From Malacoraja senta (taxonomy: Eukaryota): a DNA stretch of 64,000 nucleotides. The notes below the pieces were generated by a model, which had not been told where the DNA came from, ran no database searches, and saw only the letters and a program-made list of their open reading frames with translations. The DNA is taken from contig CM075993.1 in assembly GCA_038087875.1 (NCBI GenBank), positions 8,248,001 to 8,312,000 on the forward strand, in the 5' to 3' direction. Numbering within the stretch: position 1 is the first letter of the stretch; each line of letters opens with the position of its first letter. Below are positions 13,105 to 24,149 of this stretch, piece after piece. The position numbers and the translations under genes are program-made.

Positions 13105-13415
13105 GTAAAGAACTGCAGACTCACAAATTGCTGAAGGAACTCAGTGGGTCAGGCAGCATCCGTGGAGGGAAATGGATAGATGACCTTTCGGGTTGGGACC
13201 CTTCTTCATTCTGAAACATCCGATCTGAAATGTTGCCTGTCCATTCCCTCTACAGATGCTGCCTGACCTGCTGAGTTCCTCCAGCACTTTCTGTTGAGTG
13301 AGGTTCTGTGATTGATTATAGACACAAAATGCTGGAGTAACTCAGCAGGACAGGCAGCATCTCTGGATAACAGGAATGGGTGATGTTTCGGGTCGAGACC
13401 CTTCTTCAGACTGTT
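13105..13415. mobile_element. PLE pLTR units
   Basis: Inverted pair plus a single unit. Confidence 0.75.
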
Positions 13416-13704
13416 TAGTTTAGTTTATTATCACATGTACCGAGGTACAGTGAAAAACTTTTGTTGTGTGCTATCCGGTCAGTGTACAGACACATTTTAA
13501 AGGGAATAACGTCTACTGCAAGATGAAGTCCAGTAATGTCTGATCAAAGATAGTCCAAGGGTCTCCAATTGGGTTTATGATGCGTTGGTCACACTGTGTC
13601 TGGAGTATTGTGCTTAGTTTAGATTCCACGTCTCTGGAAGCCTCTGTCGGATTGGGGGTGTGATGATTTGAGAGTTACACCAGGGTCTCCAGAAGATTAA
13701 GATA

Positions 13705-14060
13705 GACACAAAATGCTGGAGTAACTCAACGGGACAGGCAGCATCTCTGGAGAGAAGGAATGGGTGACGTTTCGGGTCGAGACCCTTCTTCAGACTCATG
13801 TCAGGGGAGAGGGAGATACATAGATAAGGAAGTGCAAGGTGTGAAAACAGGATTGAGATCAAGGAAAATATAGAATAGATCATTGTTAGCTGGGATAAGG
13901 TAACAACAAAGCGAACAGATAAACTGTAGTCGAAGATGGCAGGACTGGTCGGAGAACTGGGAAGGGGGAGGGATGGAGAGAGAAGTGAAAGCAAGGGTAA
14001 CTTGAAGTTAGAGAAGTCAATGTTCATACTGCTGGGGTGTAAACTGCCCAAGCAAAATAT
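13705..14060 (-). mobile_element. Penelope-like element 3' end (GIY-YIG ORF end, 3' UTR, pLTR)
   Basis: LIFCLGSLHPSSMNIDFSNFK followed by a 3' UTR and ctgaagaagggtctcgacccgaaacgtc. Confidence 0.8.
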
Positions 14061-14179
14061 GAGAAGATTAAGTGTTGTAATTGAAGTTTGATCAGTTTCA
14101 AGGATTTGACTGGTTTGATGGAGAGAAAGAACTTCCTCTGGGGACAGAGCACATGATTGAATGACATGGGATTGGAGCT

Positions 14180-14400
14180 CGACAAAAATGCTGGAGAAAC
14201 TCAGCGGGTGCAGCAGCATCTATGGAGCGAAGGAAATAGGCAACGTTTCGGGCCGAAACCCTCCATCAGTCTGAAGAAGGGGTTCGGCCCGAAACGTTGC
14301 CTATTTCCTTCGCTCCATAGATGCTGCTGCACCCGCTGAGTTTCTCCAGCACTTTTGTCTACCTTCGATTTTCCAGCATCTGCAATTCCTTCTTAAACAA
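14180..14400. mobile_element. Palindromic PLE pLTR pair
   Basis: Head-to-head inverted units, each about 80-100 bp. Confidence 0.8.
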
Positions 14401-14884
14401 AAAGACGTAGGATTGGAGTTGGACTGTTTAGGAAAGACATCAGTTTGCACTTCTTCATGTGAAGGCGAGTGGAAATCTGTAGCTGTCTTCTCCTAAATTC
14501 CGTGATTTAAATCAATAGAAATTTTCAAAATTAATGCTCATTCATTTTTTAAACAAAACAAAAATCCACTGAGGCTGGAAATCTGAAATAAAAACTGAAG
14601 TTAGGTGGCATCAGTGGAGGGGGAAATAATTAACATTTCAAGTTAATGATAAAGGCCAACTCAAGTTAAAAGATCAGATCTGATTAAGGACAGTGATCTG
14701 AAATTTTAACCTGCTGCACGGATGCTGCCTGACCTGCTGAATCTTTATATTTGTGAATTGTTTCGAGTCTGGGCCCTTCTCTAGACTAAGGAAAGTTCCG
14801 ATCTGAAACGTCACCCATTCATGTTCTCCAGCGACGCTGCCTGACCAACTGAGTTACTCCAGCATTGTTTGTGTGTGTGTGTGA

Positions 14885-15140
14885 TAGAGTCATAGAGTGA
14901 TACAGTGTGGAAACAGGCCCAACTTGCTCACACTGGCCGCCATCCCAGCTACACTAGTCCCACCTGCCAGCATTTGGTCCATATCTCTCCAAACCTGTCC
15001 TATCCATGTACCTTTCTAACTGCTTCGTAAATGTTGGGATAGCCCCTGCATCAACCACCTCCTCTGGCAGCTTGTTCCATACATCCACCACCCTTTGTGT
15101 GAAAAGGTTACCCCTCATATTCCTATTAAATCTTTTCCCC
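14885..15140 (-). mobile_element. CR1/HER1 LINE 3' end
   Basis: Matches 57391-57660. Confidence 0.8.
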
Positions 15141-15740
15141 TAAGGTGTGTGTGTGTGTGTGTGTGTTTAAGCTGAATAGACCACTTCTGTGTGCTTAGAT
15201 CTCAGAGCACTGCTCATCTCACTCTCATATGTGTACTAATTCGAGACATTAATTGAAGATAAATTGTCCAATAATTAATTGGTCAGACCTGGATCACTGA
15301 AGTCTCTTGAGCCCTGTTAAGCAACGTTTAAAATGGTGGTATTTTCATTTCTGGTTTGGATTGCTCATTAACACTTAATTATTTCTACTTGCAATTTCGA
15401 TCATGTCAGTCAATTATATGTCAGAGAACAAATTGTTAGGTTTTGTAGCAACTGGATTATCTTTTATCCAAGATGACACCCAAGCTAGATGAGCCCTTGT
15501 GGGCTGGTCACAGAAGTGGATCTGCAATCACGCATTACAATCGCTCCACTCTTTAAACCCCCTGCTCCAACAGCAGCTGTACACTGTGGATGGCTCAATT
15601 GTAATCATGTATAATCTTTCTGCTGACTGGTTAGCACGCAACAGAAGCTTTTCACTGTACCTCAGTACATGTGACACTAAACCAAACTACTTAGGGAATA
15701 GGGAATTTGCTGTTTGATACTAATTTCAGTGCTACTCTCG

Positions 15741-16720
15741 CAGTGGCGGAAATCGCTATCAACCCATGGGGGGGACGTGATTTCTTGGTGGCCGAGCGCA
15801 CACGCATGCACACATGCACACGCACACGCAAACACACACACACATGCGAGACTTCGGAGGCTTCGGCCGTGGGCTCTGTGGATGGTAACATCGGGAGCTG
15901 ACCTGGTTGGTGACCGACTCCGAACTCCAGCAACAGCAGCTTCGTCCGCCCCGAATCGTGGGGCTTGAATCGGCCCGTTTGCGGGGACTTTCGTCGCCTG
16001 GCGTGGCTTTAAATCGGCCGGTGGGGACTTCAACATCGGGAGCCTCGATCGTCTCAATGCAGTAGGTGATGGAAGATTCTGCGGCTGATTTTAAGCCGCG
16101 CCGGCCGATGAAAGGACCCGCGAACGGGCCGATTCAGCCCTTAGAAAGCGTCTGATATCCGCTTGAATCTTTCAAAAGCTACAATGTGATAAATAACACT
16201 TAAACAAATAAGACTGAAGCAAATAAAGGCAAACAGAAGAACCAACCTTGGAGGGGGGAGAGAGAGAGATGGGGAAAAAAAACTAAATAACGTGAGTGAC
16301 CGTGAATCAGGGACTTACCTGCAAGACAGTCAGGAAACCCGTTCGACCGGAGCCCTTAATGACCTGACCCGTCTAAATCCGATACCCGTTTAAATCTTTC
16401 CCATCCACCAATACATCCAATTAGTCCAAATGGTAATTGTACCCACATCAGACAGCTTTAAGAAATTCTCTATGAATACTTGAAGGTCAAAACACAATTG
16501 GTGACACATGGTGTTAATGCGATGTTAATAGAGACATTTTAAAAAGCGCTAAACAGTGACACCTCCACTGTCTCGCAGAAAGCGGAGATTTTAATAGATT
16601 TTTTTTCACCGAATTTCAAAATCCAGATGACAAAACATGTCAAATTGTCCACAAAAATTGTCCCCTACCTCTCAAAGCATGGGAGGGACGTGTCCCACCC
16701 ATCCGGGATTTCCGCCCATG
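15741..16720. mobile_element. Non-autonomous hAT-like DNA transposon (MITE)
   Basis: Imperfect TIR cagtggcggaaatc / gatttccgcccatg; subterminal ggggacgtg motifs; no TSD seen. Confidence 0.6.
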
Positions 16721-16944
16721 CTGCTGAAAGAATAGAGATTTTGAATGTGAATAATGCGCAAATACAAAATACTGTTAGCCAGACTGGTGACTCCGTTACG
16801 GAGTCAGGGAGTTCATCAGGAGTTGACAGCACTGAATTTGATCGGCTTCACGTAAAATAAGAAGATAAATCAATCAACTCCTTGTAGACCATTATCAGCA
16901 GTTTCATTGGATTCTTTGGAGCTGTAGAATAAAACAAATGAGCC

Positions 16945-17945
16945 AACCCTTGGCTCAGAAGCTGTGCTATGTGCCAGTTAGATAAATTTTTGACAAATTT
17001 GTCCAAAAGACAAATAAATTGTATTGAATTGAATTGAATTGAATGTGCCAGTTAGCTGGACATTGCCACACCATCAGTCCTTCATGGAAAGGTTCTCCCA
17101 AAAGAACACCTTTGACCACAAGTCCATCAGCACGAAACATCCTGCAGGCACTGCAGAACAAGGACTCGATGGATCCTATGGCATGGTTCCTTGAGCAGTT
17201 GCCCAGGTTGTCTGGTGAAATGCCTCTTCGCCAGTACTCACCAGCAAGCACCAAGACCTGGCTTGGCTGGTGATGAGAGGGGCCCTCCAATCAGATCGAT
17301 CCTACAACATCAGAATCTTACTACCAGCTCATGCTGCCCTCAGGACGGCTGCTACAGAGAGCAAATGGTTGCCCATCTCATCGCAGAATTTGGATTTGTG
17401 AAGAGACTCTGGAGACTGATGAAAGAGTTTATCCCAAATAGCTTCATAATAGAGGACTGTTAGATTTACGGACTGTTCCCAGGGACACATTTGGAGACGG
17501 ACATAAAGTGCTGCTAGAAAATTATCAACCTGAAATTGAAGCTCTTTGGTCTGCCCAAAACTTGTTGATCTCCAAGCAGAGCAAGATGTCCATCAGGGAA
17601 TGTTGCTGACTGGCCCGCTACAGACTGCAGGAGTACGTGCTGAGGGATGTACTGAAGCTCAGTGCAGCCAACGCCAGGACTCTGTGGGGGAGGGCCACAG
17701 TTTAGCGTCCTTCCGCTGCTGGACATTGGGGTGCAGTCTGTTGGAGACCACCTCAAACAAGGGAAAGGATATCACCCCAAGGGGCCACATGAGTGGCAAA
17801 AGTGCTTGGTGTAAGGAAGATTTTGAACGCTAATGTATATGTCACTAATTAATGTATAAACATTGAGAATGTTGGAAGAGGTTTTGGCACTATTTTTGTT
17901 TTGTATATATTTATTTTTCTGAATAAAGCTTTTTTTTGAAAAAGA
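16945..17945 (+). mobile_element. L1/Tx1-clade LINE ORF2 3' end (degenerate)
   Basis: KNTFDHKS/SARNILQALQ..MDP.AWF.EQ, KHQDLAWL, CCP.DGC..E...AHL zinc-knuckle region; aataaa plus A-rich tail. Confidence 0.8.
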
Positions 17946-17959
17946 CCCAACACTTAAAG

Positions 17960-18730
17960 GATTGCTTGGAGTCAGTAGACTGAGTGATGTTCAAGAACTC
18001 GACAATGAACTTGAAACACCACAGTTGTTAAGGACTTCATAAGGAAATGTGTGGAGGAGTGTGTTCCCACGAAAAACATCTTAGTGTTCCCCACCCAGAA
18101 CCCTTGGAAGACCCAGGAGGTCCGCAATCCTCTGAGCATTCAAGTCTGGCAACTCAGATTCATTTAGCAAGTCCAGATACGACCTTCACAGGGCCATCAA
18201 AAATGCTCAAAAGGACTTTTTCTCAAAACTGGAGGGTGAGACGGATGTACGGCAGTTGTGGCTGGGCTTGCACGCCATCACTTCCTACAATGCAAAACCA
18301 GGGGCAGCTCAGGTGACAGCACGGCATCACTTATGGACGAGCTCAATGCGTTCTACGCATGCTTTGATGGTGAGAACGCTAATGGTGAGAATACTCCATA
18401 GCCCCCTGGTGTTGAAGTCTCAGTCACCGAGGCCGATGTCAGAAGATCCTTCAGGAGGGTGAACCCTCGGAAAGCATCTGGACCTGATGGTGTATCACAT
18501 CACATTCTCAAAACCTGCGCGGACCAACTGGCTGGAGTTTTTGCAGACATCTTTAACCTCTCATTACCAAGGTTCAAAATTCCCACCTGCTTGTAAATGG
18601 CATCAAAGGTCTGTTATGGCATATCAATTCCCACCTCAGCAAGAATCCGGGCCCACTGCAAACTGCCTGCTGCTGCATCAGGTCAACGGAGGATGCAATC
18701 TCACTGGACTGCACTGGACCACTGTAACAC
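17960..18730 (+). mobile_element. Rex1/Babar LINE internal fragment (degenerate)
   Basis: [39 protein letters not shown]. Confidence 0.75.
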
Positions 18731-19574
18731 CAGCAACATGAATGAATAGACATTAAGAATGTATTAAGGCAGAGATAGATAGAATCCTGATTAGTACGGG
18801 TATCAGGGTTATGGGGAGAAGGCAGGAGAATGGGGTTAGGAGGGAGTGAGAGATCAGCCATGATTGAATGGGGTAGGAGACTTGACGGGCCAAATAGCCT
18901 AATTCTACTATCACTTGTGACCTTATGACCTATGAAGAGGGTTTGTTGTACATATTTTTATCGTGAATAAAGTTTTGCTTTTCAAATGTAAACAAGAATG
19001 AGTCATTTAGAGAATGTGTTTATAATTATGAAATGTTCAAACAAGTCTGCATTCCTGCAGAGTGGAGCTGTTACTTTTTAAAGCCAGCTACCTCATTGGT
19101 GTCACCAAAGCAGGAAAGTATAACTTCCTTTGAGGTTACTGTCTAAACACAGTGCAGAATTCCAGAGGTGGGATCCCCTTCATTTCTCGGATCTGTTTCC
19201 TTGGGTTAATGTCCAGGTCACGGTTGCTGTGCTGCCAGGGTGCTCTTCAAATGTTACTGGAACTGACTGAGAGCTGCAGCTCAGCTGCACAGAGTTACTT
19301 CAAACAATTGGAACTTTGCCCTGTGTTTGAAAATTGCACCAACATGCACAGCATTCTTGGAAATCACTGGTGCTGACTCTCAGGGAGTAGCTCTGAGTGG
19401 TAGAACAGGATCTTTGTCAGGCAGCGTTGGGAAAATAGGCACATTCATTCTCTTCCAGCACTTTGGAGAAGCAATCCAACTCCCATTCTAGGAAACTCGT
19501 ACTTTAGTAAACATGGCCCCCCCCCCTCCCCTCCCCTGTTGTCATAGATGGAGCCCTCACTCATATCATTAAGG

Positions 19575-19862
19575 AACAGCACGAGGTAGAGTTGCTGTCT
19601 CACAGCGCCAGAGATCCGGGTTTGATCCTGACTACGTGTACTTGTCTGTACAGAGTTTGTACGTTCTCCCTGTGACCTGTATGAGTTTTCTCCGGGAGCT
19701 ACGGTTTCCTCCCAGGCTCCAAAGACCTGCAGGTTTGTAGGCTAATTGGCTTGGTATTATTGTATATTGTCCCTAGGATCCGTTAGTGTACGGGGATCGC
19801 TGGTCGGCACGAACTCGGTGGGTCGAATGGCCTGTTTCCGTGCAGTATCTCTAAACTAAACG
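19575..19862 (+). mobile_element. HE1-like V-SINE
   Basis: Family match. Confidence 0.85.
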
Positions 19863-19869
19863 AAATCTC

Positions 19870-20290
19870 TTCTGCGTCCCATAGTTCTGCTCTCACTTCC
19901 CTCTCCCCAGAAGGCACAAGGATAGGGCTCCCCTATCCTACCAGCCCACCAGTCTCCGCATATAACATTCCGACATTTCTGCCACCTTCAACGTGATCCC
20001 ATCACCAGTCACATCTTCCCATCCCCACCCCTGTCTGCCTTTAGAGACCTCTTACTTTGCAATTCTTTGGTTCACTCATTCCCTCCCACCCAAACTACTC
20101 CCCACCTAAATACTTCCCCTGTAACAGCAGGAGATGTAATGCCTGTCCCTATACTTCCTCCTCACATCCATGTGGCCCCAGCAGCCAGCAGTCCTTCCAG
20201 GTGAGACGGAGGTTCATATGCACCTCCTCTAACCTCATCTGCATTTGGTGTTTCCGATGTGGCCTCCTTTACACCAGCTGGACCTAATGT
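19870..20290 (+). mobile_element. Penelope-like element zinc-finger/GIY-YIG fragment
   Basis: FPCNSRRCNACPY...FQVRRRFICTSSNLICIWCFRCGLLY. Confidence 0.8.
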
Positions 20291-20403
20291 ACACGAGGTG
20301 CCTTACAGTGCCAGAGACCTGGGTTCAATCCTGACTACAGGTGCTTGTCTGTACGTTCTCATCGTGACCTGGGTGGGGTTTCTCCGGGATCTTTGAGATG
20401 AGA

Positions 20404-20620
20404 GACCTAGACACAAGGAACTGCAGATGCTAGTTTACAAACAAAAAATCGCACGATGCTGGAGTAACTCTGCAGATCAGCCAGCATCTCTGGACAACAT
20501 GGATAGGTGATGTTTCCAGTCCGGAACTTTTGTCCCGACGCGAAACGTCACCTATCCATGTTCTGCAGATGTGCCGCCTGCCCTGCTGAGTTACTCCATC
20601 ACGTTGAGTGTCTTTTCTTG
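20404..20620. mobile_element. Palindromic PLE pLTR insertion with 13-bp TSD
   Basis: TSD ctttgagatgaga at 20391-20403 and 20621-20633. Confidence 0.8.
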
Positions 20621-21722
20621 CTTTGAGATGAGAAGTTGAGCTAAGGACCCTCAGTTGAATATGAAAAAAACATCCCGTAGCATAAATGTGAATAAAAACA
20701 TGATGGACTTTGATATTGGTCAACATTTCTCTCTCAACCAACATCACTACAGCATCCATTTTAACACCAGAGGAAACTTATTGTGTGTGATTGGTTGCTA
20801 TATTTTTTATCTGTCAGTGACTTCAGGACATCCTGAGAGCATAAAATGAGGAGCTATCTAAAAGCAATCCGATGATAGTAATGCAACTGATAAACCGTTC
20901 TGTGTGTGGCAGTCTGGATGAGCTTGTCTGTGGTTGCAAGAACTGGTGATTGACAAAATTTGAACATTGTCTTTGGAGGGTAAAGCCTCCCATTCAGTTT
21001 ATCTTGAATAACATGAGAGTTCATGATGACGCTGGCTGCCAACAATCCTCACAGTTTTCCTTCCATCGCTGCATGTGACCTATTCATTACTGCCTAAGTG
21101 ATCAGGGACCTCAAAGGCAGCATTAAATGGCTTTCAACCACACTAATCAATAATGAAGCACTTCTGTGGATAATTTATATCAATGAGGGTGCTCAAATTC
21201 ATTGTCAAGCGGCCAAGTTTGCAGATGGTGCCAAACTGTTGTGGGCACATGTAGCGGAAGGAAGGGAACCCAGAACTGATGGTTTTAACGTGGGAAGACA
21301 AAGAGGCTTAAGGCTCGGTATTGAAAATGGGAATGATACAGTCATAGTGATACAGCACTGAAATAGGCTCTTCGGCCAACTTTACCCATCTCTGACCAAG
21401 ATGCCCCATCCGTAATAGTCGCACCTGCCTGCGTTTGTCCCGTATCCCTGTGGGGAGCAGTAGCATTCCTCGAATGGATTAGCAATGGGCAAGTGTAGAC
21501 TCAAGCAACTGCAGATGCTGGTTTACACAAAAGGACAAAAAGTGCTGGAATAACTCAGCAGGTCAGGCAGCATCTCTGGAGAACATTCTGTTTGGGGCCC
21601 ATCTTCAATAGGCAATTCCTATTTTGTATCAATGATTTTAAAAGTGTTTGTGAGTTGCACGAGAGTTGTGTTGTGCACAATATAAAATTGAAGAGCATTT
21701 TGCCCTCTCTTTGAGAAGTGTC

Positions 21723-22645
21723 AAGTGTCACCATCATCAAGTTTGCGGACGACACGACTGTGGTTGAACGTATCTCAGGAGGAGATGAGACAGCCTACAG
21801 GGAGGAAGTCCAAAGACTGGCAGCGTGGTGTTCAGGCAACAACCTCATCCTAAACACCACAAAAACAAAGGAAATTATCATAGACTTCCGTAAGAACAGT
21901 GCAGCCCCCAAACCCCTATTCATCAATGGGGACTGTGGAAAGGGTCTCAGACTTCAGATTCCTGGGCACACAATTTATGGAGGATCTCTCCTGGACTACA
22001 AACACCACCACAGCAGTCAAGAAGGCCCAGCAGCGACTCTACTTTCTGAGGATCCTCAGGAAAAACAACCTGGAGGAGAAGCTGCTGGTGTCCTTCTACC
22101 GCTGCTCCATCGAGAGTGTGCTGGCGTACTGTATAACCACATGGTATGCCAGCTGCTCTGCAGCGGACAGGAGAGCCCTTCAAAGGGTCATCAACACCGC
22201 ACAAAAAATCACTGGCTGCCCACTGCCCTCCCTGAAGGACATCTTCAGCTCTCACTGCCTTGGCAGGGCAGCCAACATCCTGAAGGACCCTTCCCACCCT
22301 GGACACAACCTGTTCCACCTGCTGCCCTCTGGCAGACGGTACAGGTCTTTCAAAACTCGCACAAACAGACCTCAGAGACAGCTTCTACCCCATAGCCATA
22401 CGTGAACTTAACTATGCAAAATAAGAACTAACACTCACATTCAACTGAATGGTTCTACCTCAGCTGCTATTGTTATTTAGCTGTAATTTAAAAAAAATAT
22501 GTATATATTTTTACCTTTTCTTATATATTTAAAATTGCTCTTGTGAATCGCACCGTGGGATTGACTTTTAAATTTCGTTGTACCATAGTGCAATGACAAT
22601 AAAGAGATTCAAATCAAATCAAATTCAAATCAAATCAAATCAAAG
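21723..22645 (+). mobile_element. Rex1/Babar LINE 3' portion (RT FADD motif to tail), one frameshift near 21935
   Basis: IIKFADDTTVV; KKAQQRLYFLR; (caaat)n tail. Confidence 0.9.
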
Positions 22646-23307
22646 TGGAAATTGTCAAAGATGTGGATGTCTTCTAGCAAAGTTACCCATCAACACAGAG
22701 CAGCTGTTTATGCACAGGGACATAAGAATCTGATAGCAGGAACAGGCCACTCAGCCCCTTGAACCTACCCCATCCTGCAGTATGATGACAGCTCAACAGT
22801 TCCCCATATTCATCTCAATCTTTCACAGACTTATCCACCTCCACCTTAAATACTTCTAATGATATTGTTTCCACAACCCTCTGGGATAGATGGATTCCAG
22901 CATTTCACCACCCTTTGTGAAAATAAATTTCCATGCTCCTTGTTTTAAATGACTGGCCCCTTGGAACTATGTCTCCTTGATGTATAAAAGTGGGGCTGAA
23001 CTTCCCAAAATAATTGATTAAAAAATCAAACAAACTGAAGTGTCGTGGGCAGATTCCTTTGAGCAATGTATTCATTTCCAGGCAAAGGGAGACTAAGGTC
23101 ACAATCAATGTGACAAAGGAACAGATGACTCCTTTTGGGCTAATTGTCTGGCGATATTCATGAGCGTCCCAGTATTGTTAAAAATAAATGAAAAGCCCGA
23201 TGTAAAGATAGAAAGCAAACTTCCTTCAAGTTATATTTCGTGTGTAGGAAAAAGGGGTTCAGATTGAATAATTTGAAAGTCTGATTGAAGACACATAAAG
23301 ATTTCTA

Positions 23308-23510
23308 CAGACACAAGGAACTGCAGATGCTGGTTTACTAAAAATCCTCCACAAAAGCTGGGGTAACTCAGCGGCTCAGACTGCATCTCTGGAAGACATG
23401 GATAGGTAACGTCTCAGGTCTGAAAGAGAATCCTGACCCGAAACGTCACCTATCAATGCCTTCCAGAGATGCTGCCTGATCCCGTGAGTTACTCTAGCAC
23501 TTTGTGTCTT
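23308..23510. mobile_element. Palindromic PLE pLTR pair
   Basis: Family motifs. Confidence 0.7.
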
Positions 23511-23536
23511 TTTTCAAAAGTTTTTCGCTCTCACAA

Positions 23537-23820
23537 GGGCGGCACAGCGGTAGAGTTGCTGCTTCACGGCGCCAGAGATTCAAGTTCAATCCTGATTATG
23601 GGTGCTGTCTGTATGGAGTTTGCACGTTGTCCCTATGACCCTGTGGGTTTTCTCCGGGTGCTCCAGTTTCCTTCCATTTTCCAAAGACGTACAGGTTTGT
23701 AGGTCAAATGGTTTCTTTAAATTGTACATTTTCCCTAGTGCATAGAATAGTACTAGTGTGATCACTGTTCAGCACGGACTTGGTGGGCCGAAGGGCCCGT
23801 TTCCACGCTGTATCTCTAAG
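23537..23820 (+). mobile_element. HE1-like V-SINE
   Basis: Family match. Confidence 0.85.
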
Positions 23821-23887
23821 GTCTAGTCAATAGTAGTGAAAATGCTCAAGGGATGAACAGGAGGTTCCCTGTTGGAAACCTTGCAGT

Positions 23888-24101
23888 TATAGCGAGATAC
23901 GTGTTGTCAAACAAAGTCATTTTATTAAGTTCACACAAAACAGCTCTCAGAACCACAACAAGGGGCAAGGGCATTACCAATAGTATTTATACCCCAGGGG
24001 AGGACCCGTGATCTGCTCTTCCCGCCATACCATGTCACATGACCCAACCCCCAGAGCCGAGGGTTCGCACCACGAGTGGGTAACCACCAGGGACTGCCGC
24101 A
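23888..24101 (-). repeat. 3' LTR of Gypsy element
   Basis: Direct repeat of 28159-28354; preceded on the minus strand by PPT gggggaggtcc. Confidence 0.92.
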
Positions 24102-24149
24102 GGACCTCCCCCAGAACCAGAGGTAAGGAACCGAAAGGGAAGACAGACG

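Noticed and set aside
13614..14219. 201-aa ORF
   Set aside because: Chance read-through of PLE 3' UTR and pLTR repeats
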